Shown here: in pieces, positions 26,424-35,506 of the stretch
Numbering within the stretch: position 1 is the stretch's first letter
Layout of the letters: every line of letters begins with the position of its first letter
Position numbers and translations under genes: made by a program
Assembly: GCA_030448125.1 (NCBI GenBank)
Contig: JAUJNO010000010.1
Location: 4,472 to 68,471 of the forward strand
Direction of reading: 5' to 3'
From: Rubrobacteraceae bacterium
Lineage (GTDB): Bacteria; Actinomycetota; Rubrobacteria; Rubrobacterales; Rubrobacteraceae
Length of the DNA stretch: 64,000 nucleotides
The notes under the pieces: generated by a model
What the model saw: only the letters and a program-made list of their open reading frames with translations
Database searches by the model: none
Told to the model about the DNA's origin: nothing

Positions 26424-27128
26424 TTGTTGGACGTTGATGCCGCGTTGGGCGAGTACGGCGAGGTGCAGGCGCAGGAGTGCCGGGATCTCCTGGCGATCCT
26501 GCGGGGCATGGGCATTGCTTCGGCCGACAGGGTCTACCAGCCGGGGGACGCTATCTACAACGAGGGCGAGTACGGCGACGCCCTGTATGTCCTGATCTCC
26601 GGCGTCGTGAAGCTGTTCCGGCCTTACTCGGGGAGCAAGGAGGCGACCTTGCGCCTCCTGAAGTCCTGGGACATCTTCGGCCACCTCGCGTTCGCCGGCG
26701 AGGCCAAGCAGCGCGCCTACGCCGAGGCCGTGACCGAGTGCAAGGTCACGAAGGTGCCCAAGATCTTTATGGAGCGAGCCATCCGCCGGGAGCCGCGAGC
26801 GGCGCTTAAGATGATGACGCTGCTGGAGCTCAGGCTCGTGCAGTACGAGGAGCTCGTCAAATGCCTGCTCCCCCGGGAGACCGAGGTGCGGCTGGCGAAC
26901 CTCCTGCCCATACTCTCCCGGAAGTTCGGGGAGAGGGGCGAGGACGGCCGCTCCGTGACGATAGACCTCCGCCTCACCCACCAGGACCTCGCGGCCATGG
27001 TCGCCTCGACCCGCGAGTCGGTCACCAAGGTCCTCAACGAGATGCGCAATCGCGGCGTCCTCAAGATAGAAGGAGGACGCATTACCCTCAAAGATTACGC
27101 CGCCCTGGAGAGAATCAGCAGGGTTTAG
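26424..27128 (+). CDS. Crp/Fnr-family transcriptional regulator
   Basis: cNMP-binding beta-barrel (GDALYVLISGVVKL) and a C-terminal HTH (THQDLAAMVASTRESVTKVLNEM). Confidence 0.85.
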   Translation: MLDVDAALGEYGEVQAQECRDLLAILRGMGIASADRVYQPGDAIYNEGEYGDALYVLISGVVKLFRPYSGSKEATLRLLKSWDIFGHLAFAGEAKQRAYAEAVTECKVTKVPKIFMERAIRREPRAALKMMTLLELRLVQYEELVKCLLPRETEVRLANLLPILSRKFGERGEDGRSVTIDLRLTHQDLAAMVASTRESVTKVLNEMRNRGVLKIEGGRITLKDYAALERISRV

Positions 27129-27237
27129 AGTCGGCCGGCTCGGCGGATTACCAACTTTCCGTTCTCTGCTACCGACTGACCATCGGCGGCGCGTCTGATA
27201 GTGTGCGCGCCGGCAAGCGAGATGAGGGACGTCGTAC

Positions 27238-28056
27238 GTGCTGGAGTTCATAGAGGCTGTCTTTCTCGGGATCGTGCAGGGGCTGACGGAGTTTTTGCCG
27301 GTCTCCAGTTCGGGGCATTTGCTGCTCGGGCAGTACTTTTTGGGGCTGGACCAGGAGAGGTTCGGGCTCTCCTTCGACGTGGCGTTGCACCTCGGAACCC
27401 TCGTCGCCGTGGTCTCGTTCTTCTGGCGGGACCTCATCCGGATGGCGCTAGCGTTCTTGCGGTCGTTCCGGCGCAGGGATTTTTCCGATCCGGACCAGCG
27501 GCTCGCGTACCTCGTTCTCGCCTCCACTGTACCGGCAGCCCTGATCGGCTACCTCCTGGAGGATTTCTTCGAGACGGCCGTGCGCTCGCCGTGGGTAGTA
27601 GTCTTCTGCCTGGTGCTGGTCGGTGTTTTGTTCATCATCGGGGAGGCGGTTGGACGGCGCACGCGCCAGGCCTCGAAGCTGACCTTCCGGGAGGCCATCT
27701 GGATCGGACTCGCCCAGGCGGCGGCACTCGTGCCTGGGGTGTCACGCTCGGGAGCGACTATAACTTTGGGATTGTTCTTGGGCCTCCGGCGGGAGGAGGC
27801 GGCCCGGTTCTCTTTCCTGATGAGCGTCCCGATCATCGCCGGTGCGGGAACCCTCCAACTCGGGGAGGTCGTCTCGGAGGGAATGAGCGCGTACGATACC
27901 CTGCTCTTTGGGATTGGTTTCGTATCCTCGGCGACCGTAGGATACCTGGCGATTCGGTTCTTCCTACGCTTCGTCGTGGACCACAGCCTGCGAGCTTTCG
28001 CCTACTACCGGTTCGGCCTGGCCGCGGTCGTGGCCGCCCTGCTCGTGTTGCTGTAG
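27238..28056 (+). CDS. uppP: Undecaprenyl-diphosphate phosphatase
   Basis: GIVQGLTEFLPVSSSGHL and PGVSRSGATI signature motifs. 8 TM segments. Confidence 0.9.
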   Translation: MLEFIEAVFLGIVQGLTEFLPVSSSGHLLLGQYFLGLDQERFGLSFDVALHLGTLVAVVSFFWRDLIRMALAFLRSFRRRDFSDPDQRLAYLVLASTVPAALIGYLLEDFFETAVRSPWVVVFCLVLVGVLFIIGEAVGRRTRQASKLTFREAIWIGLAQAAALVPGVSRSGATITLGLFLGLRREEAARFSFLMSVPIIAGAGTLQLGEVVSEGMSAYDTLLFGIGFVSSATVGYLAIRFFLRFVVDHSLRAFAYYRFGLAAVVAALLVLL

Positions 28057-28417
28057 CTTTCAGCCGTCAGCTATGAGCTTCTGCTCGACGACAAACGCGC
28101 CGGCGGGTTCGCCCCAGATCCCCTTGTCGGCGGCTGGTCCCGTTCGCTGATGGATCTTTGACAGAACGCCGGTAGGTTTGGTACTTTAGTTCATATATGC
28201 GTGCCCGGACTTCAGGAACTTCGAAAGTACGCGGAAGACTCCGGCCTGCTAACGGGCGATTTATCTAGGAGAGGCGCACCCGCGCGGCACGTCGTCGCCT
28301 GGCGCGTTTCTCCACATCCGCTTCATGCACGCTCTGGATCCCACGGGAGGTCTTTCTCCAAGATGTTTGCTTTAGACGATTGCTGTATAGGTAACCTCGA
28401 CGTTCCTGGGGGCGCTC

Positions 28418-29536
28418 GTGTTCGCTGAAGAGGGTGTCGCGGGGACGCCGGAGGAGTTAGAGGGTTTGCGGGCCGGCATAGACGCGGTCGACGAGGAGAT
28501 AGTCAGGCTCCTCGACGAACGGGCGCGGCTGGCGCGCCGGATCGGGGAAATAAAGCTCGCGGAGGGCCTGGAGGCTTACGTCCCCGCCAGGGAGCGAAAG
28601 GTGCTCGATAGGGTCTCCGGTCTGAGCCGGGGCGACTTTCCGAAGAGGGGACTGGAGGCGGTCTTCCGGGAGATAATCTCCTCCTCCATCTCGCTCGAAG
28701 CGCCTTTAAGGGTCGCGTTCCTGGGGCCCGAGTCGACGTTCACGCACGAGGCGGCGCGGCGCGCCTTCGGGACGAGTATCGAGTTCGAGCCGCACGCGAC
28801 GGTCTCGGAGGTCTTCGCGAGGGTCGAGCGGGGCGAGGCCCAGCACGGGGTCGTCCCGGTGGAGAACTCGATGGAGGGAACGGTGACGCACACCCTGGAC
28901 GAGTTGATGGCGAGTCCTCTGAAGATCTGCGGCGAGGTGTACCTCCCAATCTCCCAGAATCTCCTCTCCGGGGAGACGTCTCTGAAAGAGATAAAGACCG
29001 TCCTCTCTCACCCGATGGCTCTGGCTCAGGCGTCGACCTGGCTCCGCCACGAGCTGCCGCACGCGGCCCTTGAGGAGGTCGAGTCCACGGCGGAGGCAGC
29101 CCGGAGGGCGGCCGAGGAGCCGGGGGTGGCGGCCGTCGGGAGCGCGCTGGCAGCGGAGGCTTACGGACTCTCGATCCTCGCCCGCAACATCCAGGACGCG
29201 CGGGTCAACGCGACGCGCTTCATCGTGCTGGGGCGCTCCTGGGCGGGGCCCACGGGCAAGGACAAGACGAGCGTGGTTTTTTCGGTCAGGGACCGTCCCG
29301 GTATCCTCAAGGACGCACTCTCGGCCTTCTCGAACGCGGGGATCAACCTGACGCGCATCGAGAGCCGGCCCAGCCGGCGGCGGATGTGGACGTACGTGTT
29401 CTTCGCGGACTTTCAGGGGCACCCCGAGGAGGAGCGGGTGGCGCGGGCCCTGGAGGCCCTCGAAGAGTACTGCCCTTACGTCAGCCTGATCGGGGCGTAC
29501 CCTGAAGCCTCGGGCGAAGTCGTACCGAACGCGTAA
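28418..29536 (+). CDS. pheA: Bifunctional chorismate mutase / prephenate dehydratase
   Basis: N-terminal CM_2 helix (LRAGIDAVDEEIVRLLDERARL), the PDT domain (VAFLGPESTFTHEAA), and a C-terminal ACT domain with ESRPS. Confidence 0.9.
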   Translation: MFAEEGVAGTPEELEGLRAGIDAVDEEIVRLLDERARLARRIGEIKLAEGLEAYVPARERKVLDRVSGLSRGDFPKRGLEAVFREIISSSISLEAPLRVAFLGPESTFTHEAARRAFGTSIEFEPHATVSEVFARVERGEAQHGVVPVENSMEGTVTHTLDELMASPLKICGEVYLPISQNLLSGETSLKEIKTVLSHPMALAQASTWLRHELPHAALEEVESTAEAARRAAEEPGVAAVGSALAAEAYGLSILARNIQDARVNATRFIVLGRSWAGPTGKDKTSVVFSVRDRPGILKDALSAFSNAGINLTRIESRPSRRRMWTYVFFADFQGHPEEERVARALEALEEYCPYVSLIGAYPEASGEVVPNA

Positions 29537-29544
29537 GAGTCGCC

Positions 29545-29772
29545 CTGAACTTCAAGGCCGCCGCGCGACTCGTCCTCGAAGAGGTCGGCCACCCGTTGCA
29601 CTACACGGACATCACCGAGATCGCCCTCGAATCGGGGTACCTGAAGAGCCGCGGCCGCACCCCGCACAACACCATGCGCGCTCGGCTCTCCGTGGACGTG
29701 CGCGACAACCCGGAGAGCTCCTTTGCCCAGACGGCCCCCGGCGTCTACGGTCTGAAGAGCCGCGCTCCGTGA
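29545..29772 (+). CDS. HARE-HTH domain protein (75 aa); apparent CTG start
   Basis: (L/M)NFKAAARLVLEEVGHPLHYTDITEIAL...GRTPHNTMRARLSVDV...FAQTAPGVYGL fits the HARE-HTH pattern. The only in-frame initiator at the expected position is CTG 29545. It is absent from the ORF track for that reason. Confidence 0.5.
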   Translation: MNFKAAARLVLEEVGHPLHYTDITEIALESGYLKSRGRTPHNTMRARLSVDVRDNPESSFAQTAPGVYGLKSRAP

Positions 29773-29859
29773 CAGCTCGTCCGACAGCCCGCTGGGACCC
29801 GGACGAAGATGCTGTATATTGGTGTCACGAGTGCCAATTGTGAGAGCAAGTAAGGGGTT

Positions 29860-30870
29860 GTGATGGTAGATCTTGCAGCCGGCGGAGCGCTGGAGGCGGC
29901 CGCCTGGAAGGTTGAGAACCTCGACGACTTCGAGGCGAGGCTGGAGAGGGCCGCGCTCAGAGTGGACGGGCTGGCCAAAGTATACGAGACGGCGGCGCTC
30001 GTGATCTACGAGGCCGCCCTGATGAAGAGCGGCCGCCCCGTAGAGGAGGTGCGGAGGCTCGTTCGCGAGTTCGAAGAGACCTTCGAAGACCCGGAGGAGG
30101 ACCTGACGATACCGCGCGCGAGCGGCATCATGAACGTCGAGGGCGACGAGTGGTTCTTCGGGGACGAGAGCTTGAGGACGTTGACTGGCCAGCTCCTCGG
30201 CCAGTTTCAGCACCGGGTGGCGCAGTACAACTACGTGGACGAGACCGAGGTCCTGAGGCGCTGGGCCGACTCGTACGACACCCGGCTCTTCATCCGACGA
30301 CGCATCCACGAGACGGAGCCGATCGCCGGCGTAGTCGCGGGCGTCGACCTTCCGCTGATCCAGTACCTGCGCGTGGCTGCGGGCGGCGACACGGTCGTGC
30401 CTTCCCCGGAGACCTCGCGCGCTCTCGTCGCCCTGGGCATACTGGACGAGGGGGCGGCAGGCGACGATTATGCGGTGCTCGCCGCCGCCGAGAACCTCGC
30501 CTTGCGCCTCGAACTTCCGGCCCCGATCGTCGGGGAGATGCTATATGACCTCGCCGTCGAGGACCGGCTCGAGTTCCCCGAGCCCCCGCCCGAGACGACG
30601 GACGAGGAGACCGAAGAGGCCGCGGAGGCGGGGGAAGGCGCCGGCGGGACCGACCAAAGTTCTGTAAGGCCGAGCCCCGACGACAGGGCGGCCCGCGGTG
30701 CGGCGCGGCGGGAGGCCGACCGGGGCGAGGAGCCAACCAGGATACAGGACCCACAGGCCAAGGACGCTCCGGGCGTCCGCGAAGAAGACGGCGGAGAGAG
30801 GTCCACCCCCGTCCCGCCCGAAGACGAGCCGCCGGAGAGTGCGCCGGGCACGCAGGACAAAGACTCGTAA
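29860..30870 (+). CDS. Hypothetical protein, helical N-terminal two-thirds plus a polyacidic/Pro-rich disordered tail
   Basis: 336 aa. Coding-like GC3. No recognisable motif. Tail is EFPEPPPETTDEETEEAAEAGEG...EDEPPESAPGTQDKDS. Confidence 0.55.
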   Translation: MMVDLAAGGALEAAAWKVENLDDFEARLERAALRVDGLAKVYETAALVIYEAALMKSGRPVEEVRRLVREFEETFEDPEEDLTIPRASGIMNVEGDEWFFGDESLRTLTGQLLGQFQHRVAQYNYVDETEVLRRWADSYDTRLFIRRRIHETEPIAGVVAGVDLPLIQYLRVAAGGDTVVPSPETSRALVALGILDEGAAGDDYAVLAAAENLALRLELPAPIVGEMLYDLAVEDRLEFPEPPPETTDEETEEAAEAGEGAGGTDQSSVRPSPDDRAARGAARREADRGEEPTRIQDPQAKDAPGVREEDGGERSTPVPPEDEPPESAPGTQDKDS

Positions 30871-31039
30871 CCTTCGGCCCGGCACGGGTTGCGGGCGCGG
30901 GTATTGTGGACGGGATGCTTACAAAATCCGTTTCGGTGGTAATATGTCTTTGACACAGCCAATAATTCATAGTCAGCCTTATCCAGACCATACGGTGGTA
31001 CAGATCCAGGCAAGAGGCAAGTAAGGAGTTGGCGGGAGT

Positions 31040-31768
31040 ATGACGGATTCGAAGAAGCGCATTGCCCTCAAGCCGCACATCAAACAGATCCGGGAGTGGG
31101 TAGACGCGGGCAAGACGGATGATTGGATCGCGGACGCCCTGGGTACCAGCGCCTCTTCCGTGCAGTCGTTCCGTTCCCGCAACGACATCTACCGCCGTGA
31201 CCGCGGCGCCCGCGAACCGTCGAGTGTCTTCGAGGGCGTCCTCGACCACGGCGAGCGCGACGGCTGGGGCCTGTGGTTCGACCCCGCCGTGGCGGACGAC
31301 CCGATCTGGAGGGAGTGCTGGGCCGGCGTCGAATCGGTAGTGGTCAAGGTCGCAGAGGACTCTATAGTCCTGGAGGCCTCCGGCGCTGCCTCGCGTACCG
31401 CCGCGCAAGACGCCGTGCCGGACGAAACCGACAACGGCTCCGGCCCTCAAGGATCTTCCACCGTCGCCGTCGAGACCCCGGAGGTCTCTGCGGAGGCCCT
31501 CGCGGAGGCTCCTGAGTCGCCCACGGAGTTGGACGGTGCGGCCTCCGAGCCCGATCGGGCTCCCGATCGGGAGCAGGGCCGGGTGAAGTGGTTCGACCCC
31601 GAGAAGGGCTACGGTTTCCTGGTGCGACCGACCGGCGAGGACCTCTTCGTGCATCACTCCGAGGTCGAGGGCGACCCCGCGGCTCTGGAGCCCGGCGGTG
31701 AGGTCGAGTACGTGGTCGGCCGCAACGACCGGGGTCCGAACGCCCGCAGCCTCCGCCTCGTGGAGTAG
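31040..31768 (+). CDS. Fusion protein: N-terminal HTH module + unknown middle domain + C-terminal cold-shock domain
   Basis: The C-terminus GRVKWFDPEKGYGFLVRPTGEDLFVHHSEV carries the RNP1/RNP2-like CSD motifs. The N-terminus is IKQIREWVDAGKTDDWIADALGTSASSVQSFRSRN (HTH-like). AAGGAG lies upstream of the ATG. Confidence 0.7.
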   Translation: MTDSKKRIALKPHIKQIREWVDAGKTDDWIADALGTSASSVQSFRSRNDIYRRDRGAREPSSVFEGVLDHGERDGWGLWFDPAVADDPIWRECWAGVESVVVKVAEDSIVLEASGAASRTAAQDAVPDETDNGSGPQGSSTVAVETPEVSAEALAEAPESPTELDGAASEPDRAPDREQGRVKWFDPEKGYGFLVRPTGEDLFVHHSEVEGDPAALEPGGEVEYVVGRNDRGPNARSLRLVE

Positions 31769-31883
31769 CGACCCCGCCGGTTAGTATCGGCATCCCTTCG
31801 CAGTGTTTCTCGTACAACACGCGCCGTGAGTACGTTCCAAACAGGGTCCGGCCGTAAGCCGGAGGAAGAGCAGCCTAGGGAGT

Positions 31884-32321
31884 ATGGCCCTCTTCCGGCT
31901 GGAGAGAGCCGTCGGGTTTCGAGAGCCCGAGGAATGCAACCCGGCGACCCGGGCGTTCTTGGTGGTGGCGTTCCTCGCAGCTCTGGTACTGGTGGTCTTT
32001 CCCGCGATGGACGCGCAGATGTTGGCTCTGGTGCTGGTCCGTTTGGCGTCGTTTGGTGTGCTTATCGGCCTGATAGTCCAAATGGCGGGAGATTTCTTCT
32101 ATCGCGCGAACAGGAGACTCTCCGCTGCTCTCCGGGTAGCGGTCCGGCTCGTCATCGCGCCGGCGGCGTCGCTGGTGGCGTTCGTGGTCCTGGCATACTC
32201 GGCCCACGGAGGGTGGTTTGCGCTCCTTGTGGCCGGGCTGTTTTGCGTCGTATTCTCGGGCGCTCTATTCTTGAATCGCGTCTCGGGACTACGCCGGCCA
32301 CGGGGGATAGGTCCGGTCTAA
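31884..32321 (+). CDS. Hypothetical membrane protein (4 TM)
   Basis: 145 aa. Four hydrophobic helices. No recognisable motif. Confidence 0.5.
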   Translation: MALFRLERAVGFREPEECNPATRAFLVVAFLAALVLVVFPAMDAQMLALVLVRLASFGVLIGLIVQMAGDFFYRANRRLSAALRVAVRLVIAPAASLVAFVVLAYSAHGGWFALLVAGLFCVVFSGALFLNRVSGLRRPRGIGPV

Positions 32322-32354
32322 CGACTTCGTGGGGTAGTGCTTGCGCCGCGAAAT

Positions 32355-33068
32355 CTACTCGGCTCGTGTCTGTGCTTGCCGCTCCTCTTCCTGGGACAGG
32401 TGGCTTGTAGAGGCGAGATCTAGAAGCCGTAGCGTGGTGTCCGGATCTGCCGGGTCGTAGAGCAGCCGGGTGATGGAGGCGTTCGGCGCTCGCTCGTGGC
32501 CGGGTAGGACCGAGGGGCCGAAACGGTCCCGCAGGAACGCGCGCATGACGCCGCCGTGGGTGACGACGAGGATGGCGCCATCGGCGGCGGGGTGGCGCGA
32601 GTGTATGTCGGAGAACGCCCCCTCGAAACGTTCCAGTATCTCCTCGTCGGTCTCGGCGCTGGCGAACGCCCAGCGCTCTTCTTCGGGCAGGGCGAGGAAC
32701 TTCTCGGCGAACTCGGGGTTGCGGGTCTCCTGCTCGGCCCAGGTGTGGCCCTGGAGGACGCCGCCGTGGCGCTCCGCGAGGCCCGGCAAGGGAACCACCT
32801 CCTCCCCGGAGAAGCCGGCCTCGCGCGCCGCTATCTCGGCGGTCTCGAAGGCCCGCGAGAGGGGGCTCGCGTAGACGCCGGAGATCCTCGTTCCCTTTAA
32901 TGCCCGGCCGGCGGTGGCGGCCTGGTGCCGGCCCTCTTCGGAGAGAGGGAAGTCGAGTTGGCCCTGCCAGACGCTGTTCGCGTTGGCGGTCGATTGGCCG
33001 TGACGGATCAGGATTATCTCCTGCTCGATTACTTCGTAGGGGTTCGTGCGGTTCGTGGGTTCGTTCAT
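32355..33068 (-). CDS. Histidine phosphatase family protein (phosphoglycerate mutase / CobC-like)
   Basis: ILIRHGQSTAN catalytic motif, and VVTHGGVMRA. Confidence 0.8.
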   Translation of the reverse strand: MNEPTNRTNPYEVIEQEIILIRHGQSTANANSVWQGQLDFPLSEEGRHQAATAGRALKGTRISGVYASPLSRAFETAEIAAREAGFSGEEVVPLPGLAERHGGVLQGHTWAEQETRNPEFAEKFLALPEEERWAFASAETDEEILERFEGAFSDIHSRHPAADGAILVVTHGGVMRAFLRDRFGPSVLPGHERAPNASITRLLYDPADPDTTLRLLDLASTSHLSQEEERQAQTRAE

Positions 33069-33106
33069 GTGCGTAGGTTATACACGGAGTCCCTCCCCGG
33101 CAAACG

Positions 33107-34042
33107 GTGCGCGCGGCGTGGTTTACGATGCTAGAATCCCCACGTGTCCTGGTCCTGAAGAGACGGGGGATTTTACGCATGTTCTGGAGGCGCCGGCAGC
33201 GCGAGACGCTCGAAGGAAGGACGGAGTTTCCCGGTCCTCTCGCCGATACACCGCAAGCCTCCGCCGCACGGCCTCTGGCCGAGACCATCGAGATCGAGCG
33301 CGACGCCTCGCGCGCGGCTTGTATCTCCAGGGTCGCCGAGGAGTTGGGGCGGCGCGGCGAGGAGGTCGTCGAGCTCTTCAAAGAGGTCTCCTCGTCGACG
33401 GGTTGGGAGACGGTCATGCCGATCCACCTCCGGCGCGGCGGGGAAGACGTCTTCGTCGAGGTCGAGACCGGTCCCTGGGAGGGACAGACCGTGGAGAGCG
33501 TGCTCAAGGCGGCGGCGGTGCTCCGCGGCTCGGAGTACTCGGACGCGCCTTTCGAGGTCCTGGGCGCCTACCCCGTGCCGTCCGCGGTCCGCTACTTCTG
33601 CGGGCGCTCGCCGGCGATCCGGTTCCAACTCGACCTCGTCCTGCACGACGACCCGGAGGATGCCAGGGAGTGCGCCGAAGGGTTCAAAGGAGCCGCCGAA
33701 CGGCACTGGAACTTGAACCTCGACTACGGTCTTGAAGGGCTGCCGCAGATAGAGGAGCAACTGCTCGCGACCTTGGGCGAGAGGGCGGAGGGCGGCTCCC
33801 GCGTGCCGATTCTCGACGCGCTCGTACGCGGCTACGGCTGCTACGCGGGCGAGATCCTACGCCGTCGCGTCACGCCGAAGGGATCGTGGCGATCAGTGAA
33901 GGATTGGGGTGAGGGTCTCGTGGTCGAGTTCCCGAACGCCACCGCCGATCCTATCGGCAAGGCTCGAGCCTTTCTCGAGAACGGTCCCGAAGACTCCGTT
34001 GCCTACTACGTCTCCTACGTCGTCGAGGAGTTGGACGGCTAA
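33107..34042 (+). CDS. Hypothetical protein
   Basis: Coding-like composition over about 290 aa. ATG 33179 (MFWRRRQ) is an alternative start. No confident domain. Confidence 0.5.
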   Translation: MRAAWFTMLESPRVLVLKRRGILRMFWRRRQRETLEGRTEFPGPLADTPQASAARPLAETIEIERDASRAACISRVAEELGRRGEEVVELFKEVSSSTGWETVMPIHLRRGGEDVFVEVETGPWEGQTVESVLKAAAVLRGSEYSDAPFEVLGAYPVPSAVRYFCGRSPAIRFQLDLVLHDDPEDARECAEGFKGAAERHWNLNLDYGLEGLPQIEEQLLATLGERAEGGSRVPILDALVRGYGCYAGEILRRRVTPKGSWRSVKDWGEGLVVEFPNATADPIGKARAFLENGPEDSVAYYVSYVVEELDG

Positions 34043-34066
34043 GCCGCCGTTAGCCGCTCGTCCCGG

Positions 34067-34321
34067 TCAGGCGGCGAATCGCTTGCGGAGCTCGCGGATG
34101 ATGTGGGTGGAGTCCACGAGCACCTCCTCGCCAATGGTGAGGATCGGGATCGCGCGCTGCCCCGAGAGCCTCGTGACCTCTTCCCGGCCGTCGGCGTCCG
34201 CGTGGATCTCTTCGTAGGGAAGGTTCAGCCTGTCGAGCTCTTTCTTGACCCTGCGGCAGTACGGGCAGTAGTCGCCGGTATAGAGCTTTATGGGGGCTTC
34301 TTGCGTCTGTGGTTGTGCCAT
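34067..34321 (-). CDS. Glutaredoxin-family protein (CPYC active site)
   Basis: 84 aa. IKLYTGDYCPYCRRVK and AIPILTIGEEVL. Confidence 0.8.
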   Translation of the reverse strand: MAQPQTQEAPIKLYTGDYCPYCRRVKKELDRLNLPYEEIHADADGREEVTRLSGQRAIPILTIGEEVLVDSTHIIRELRKRFAA

Positions 34322-34461
34322 CGTCGTCTCCTTTTCGACTGGTAATTCTCTTTCCCTGGTCTGGACAGATTATACTCCGCGCCGGTCGGCGCGGTGGCCG
34401 GTCGAGCGTTACAGACTTCCCGCTTCCGCCCAGTTGCGCCAGTGGTTCGTCGGTGGGAGGT

Positions 34462-34926
34462 TTAATCTACCTCTACGATGAGCTCGACCTCCACGGGGGC
34501 GTCGAGGGGGAGCTCGGCGACGCCGACGGCGCTGCGGGCGTGGATCCCTTTCTCGCCGAAGACCTCGCCCAGAAGGTCCGACGCGCCGTTCATTACCTCG
34601 GGCTGGCCGTTGAAGCCGCCGGCGGAGGCGACGTAGCCCGTGACCTTTACCACGCGGCGCACGTTCTCCAGAGAATCGGCCCCGGCCCGGATGGCGGCGA
34701 GGGCGTTGAGGGCGCAGAGGCGGGCGGCCTCCTTCGCATCTTCGACGGAGACGTCCTGGCCGACCTTGCCGGTGTACGGGAGCTTCCCTTCTCTAAAGGG
34801 GAGCTGGCCGGCGGTGAAGAGGAGGGACCCGGCACGGGTCGCGGGGACGTAGGAGCCAGCCGGGCTCGGGACGTCGGGTAGCTCGTAGCCGAGACCCTTC
34901 AGGCGGTCCTCTACGCTTTCGGGCAC
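34462..34926 (-). CDS. RidA/YjgF/L-PSP family protein
   Basis: 154 aa. The C-terminal ARSAVGVAELPLDAPVEVE is typical of RidA. Confidence 0.85.
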   Translation of the reverse strand: MPESVEDRLKGLGYELPDVPSPAGSYVPATRAGSLLFTAGQLPFREGKLPYTGKVGQDVSVEDAKEAARLCALNALAAIRAGADSLENVRRVVKVTGYVASAGGFNGQPEVMNGASDLLGEVFGEKGIHARSAVGVAELPLDAPVEVELIVEVD

Positions 34927-35466
34927 CTAACTCAATGCCCCTTCGTACTCGGTTGGGTCGTAGAGCAGCGGGTAGCTCGGCCTGTCGTAGGACTCGCCGG
35001 CGGTGACCTCGCCGATGAAGACGGTGTGGTCACCGGCGTGGGCGGAGTCGAGGACCTTGCAGTCGAGGTAGGCCAGGCAGTCGAGGAGGACGGGGGAGCC
35101 TCCGGAGGACTGGCCGTAGGGGACACCGTGGAGCTTGTCGTGGTACTCGCCGCTGGTCTCGGAGAAGTGGGTGGCGACGTCCACCTGGTCTTCGCGCAGG
35201 ACGCTCAGGGAGAAGGTGGCGCTCTCCAGGATAATGCCGTGAGTGTAGCGGTCGTCGCGTACGGCTACAGCCAGGCAGGGGGGGCGTTCGGAGACCTGGG
35301 TGACCCAGGCCGCAGTCATGGCGGTCATCTCGCGGCCCCTGCGAGACCCGAGCACGTAGACGCCGTGGCTGAGGTGGCCTATCGCAACGAGGATAGCCTC
35401 GCGGTCTTGTTCCGGTCTGTCCATCGCCCACCCTCCTCGTGTCGGACGTGGCGTATATTCTACCAA
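34927..35466 (-). CDS. Flavin reductase-like FMN-binding (split-barrel) protein
   Basis: HGVYVLGSR.....MTAAWVTQVS...CLAVAV is typical of the flavin reductase domain. ATG 35424 is an alternative start. Confidence 0.8.
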   Translation of the reverse strand: MVEYTPRPTRGGWAMDRPEQDREAILVAIGHLSHGVYVLGSRRGREMTAMTAAWVTQVSERPPCLAVAVRDDRYTHGIILESATFSLSVLREDQVDVATHFSETSGEYHDKLHGVPYGQSSGGSPVLLDCLAYLDCKVLDSAHAGDHTVFIGEVTAGESYDRPSYPLLYDPTEYEGALS

Positions 35467-35506
35467 CCCGCTGGGCCGCCGTTCGGACCGCCGATCCGGC
35501 TATCTG

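Noticed and set aside
28075-28190. Minus-strand peptide ...DKGIWGEPAGAFVVEQKLIADG*, which looks like a protein C-terminus in the uppP-pheA spacer
   Set aside because: The frame is only about 38 codons open, with no ATG, GTG or TTG start, and it overlaps the promoter-like TTGACA region. At best it is an unrecognisable remnant.
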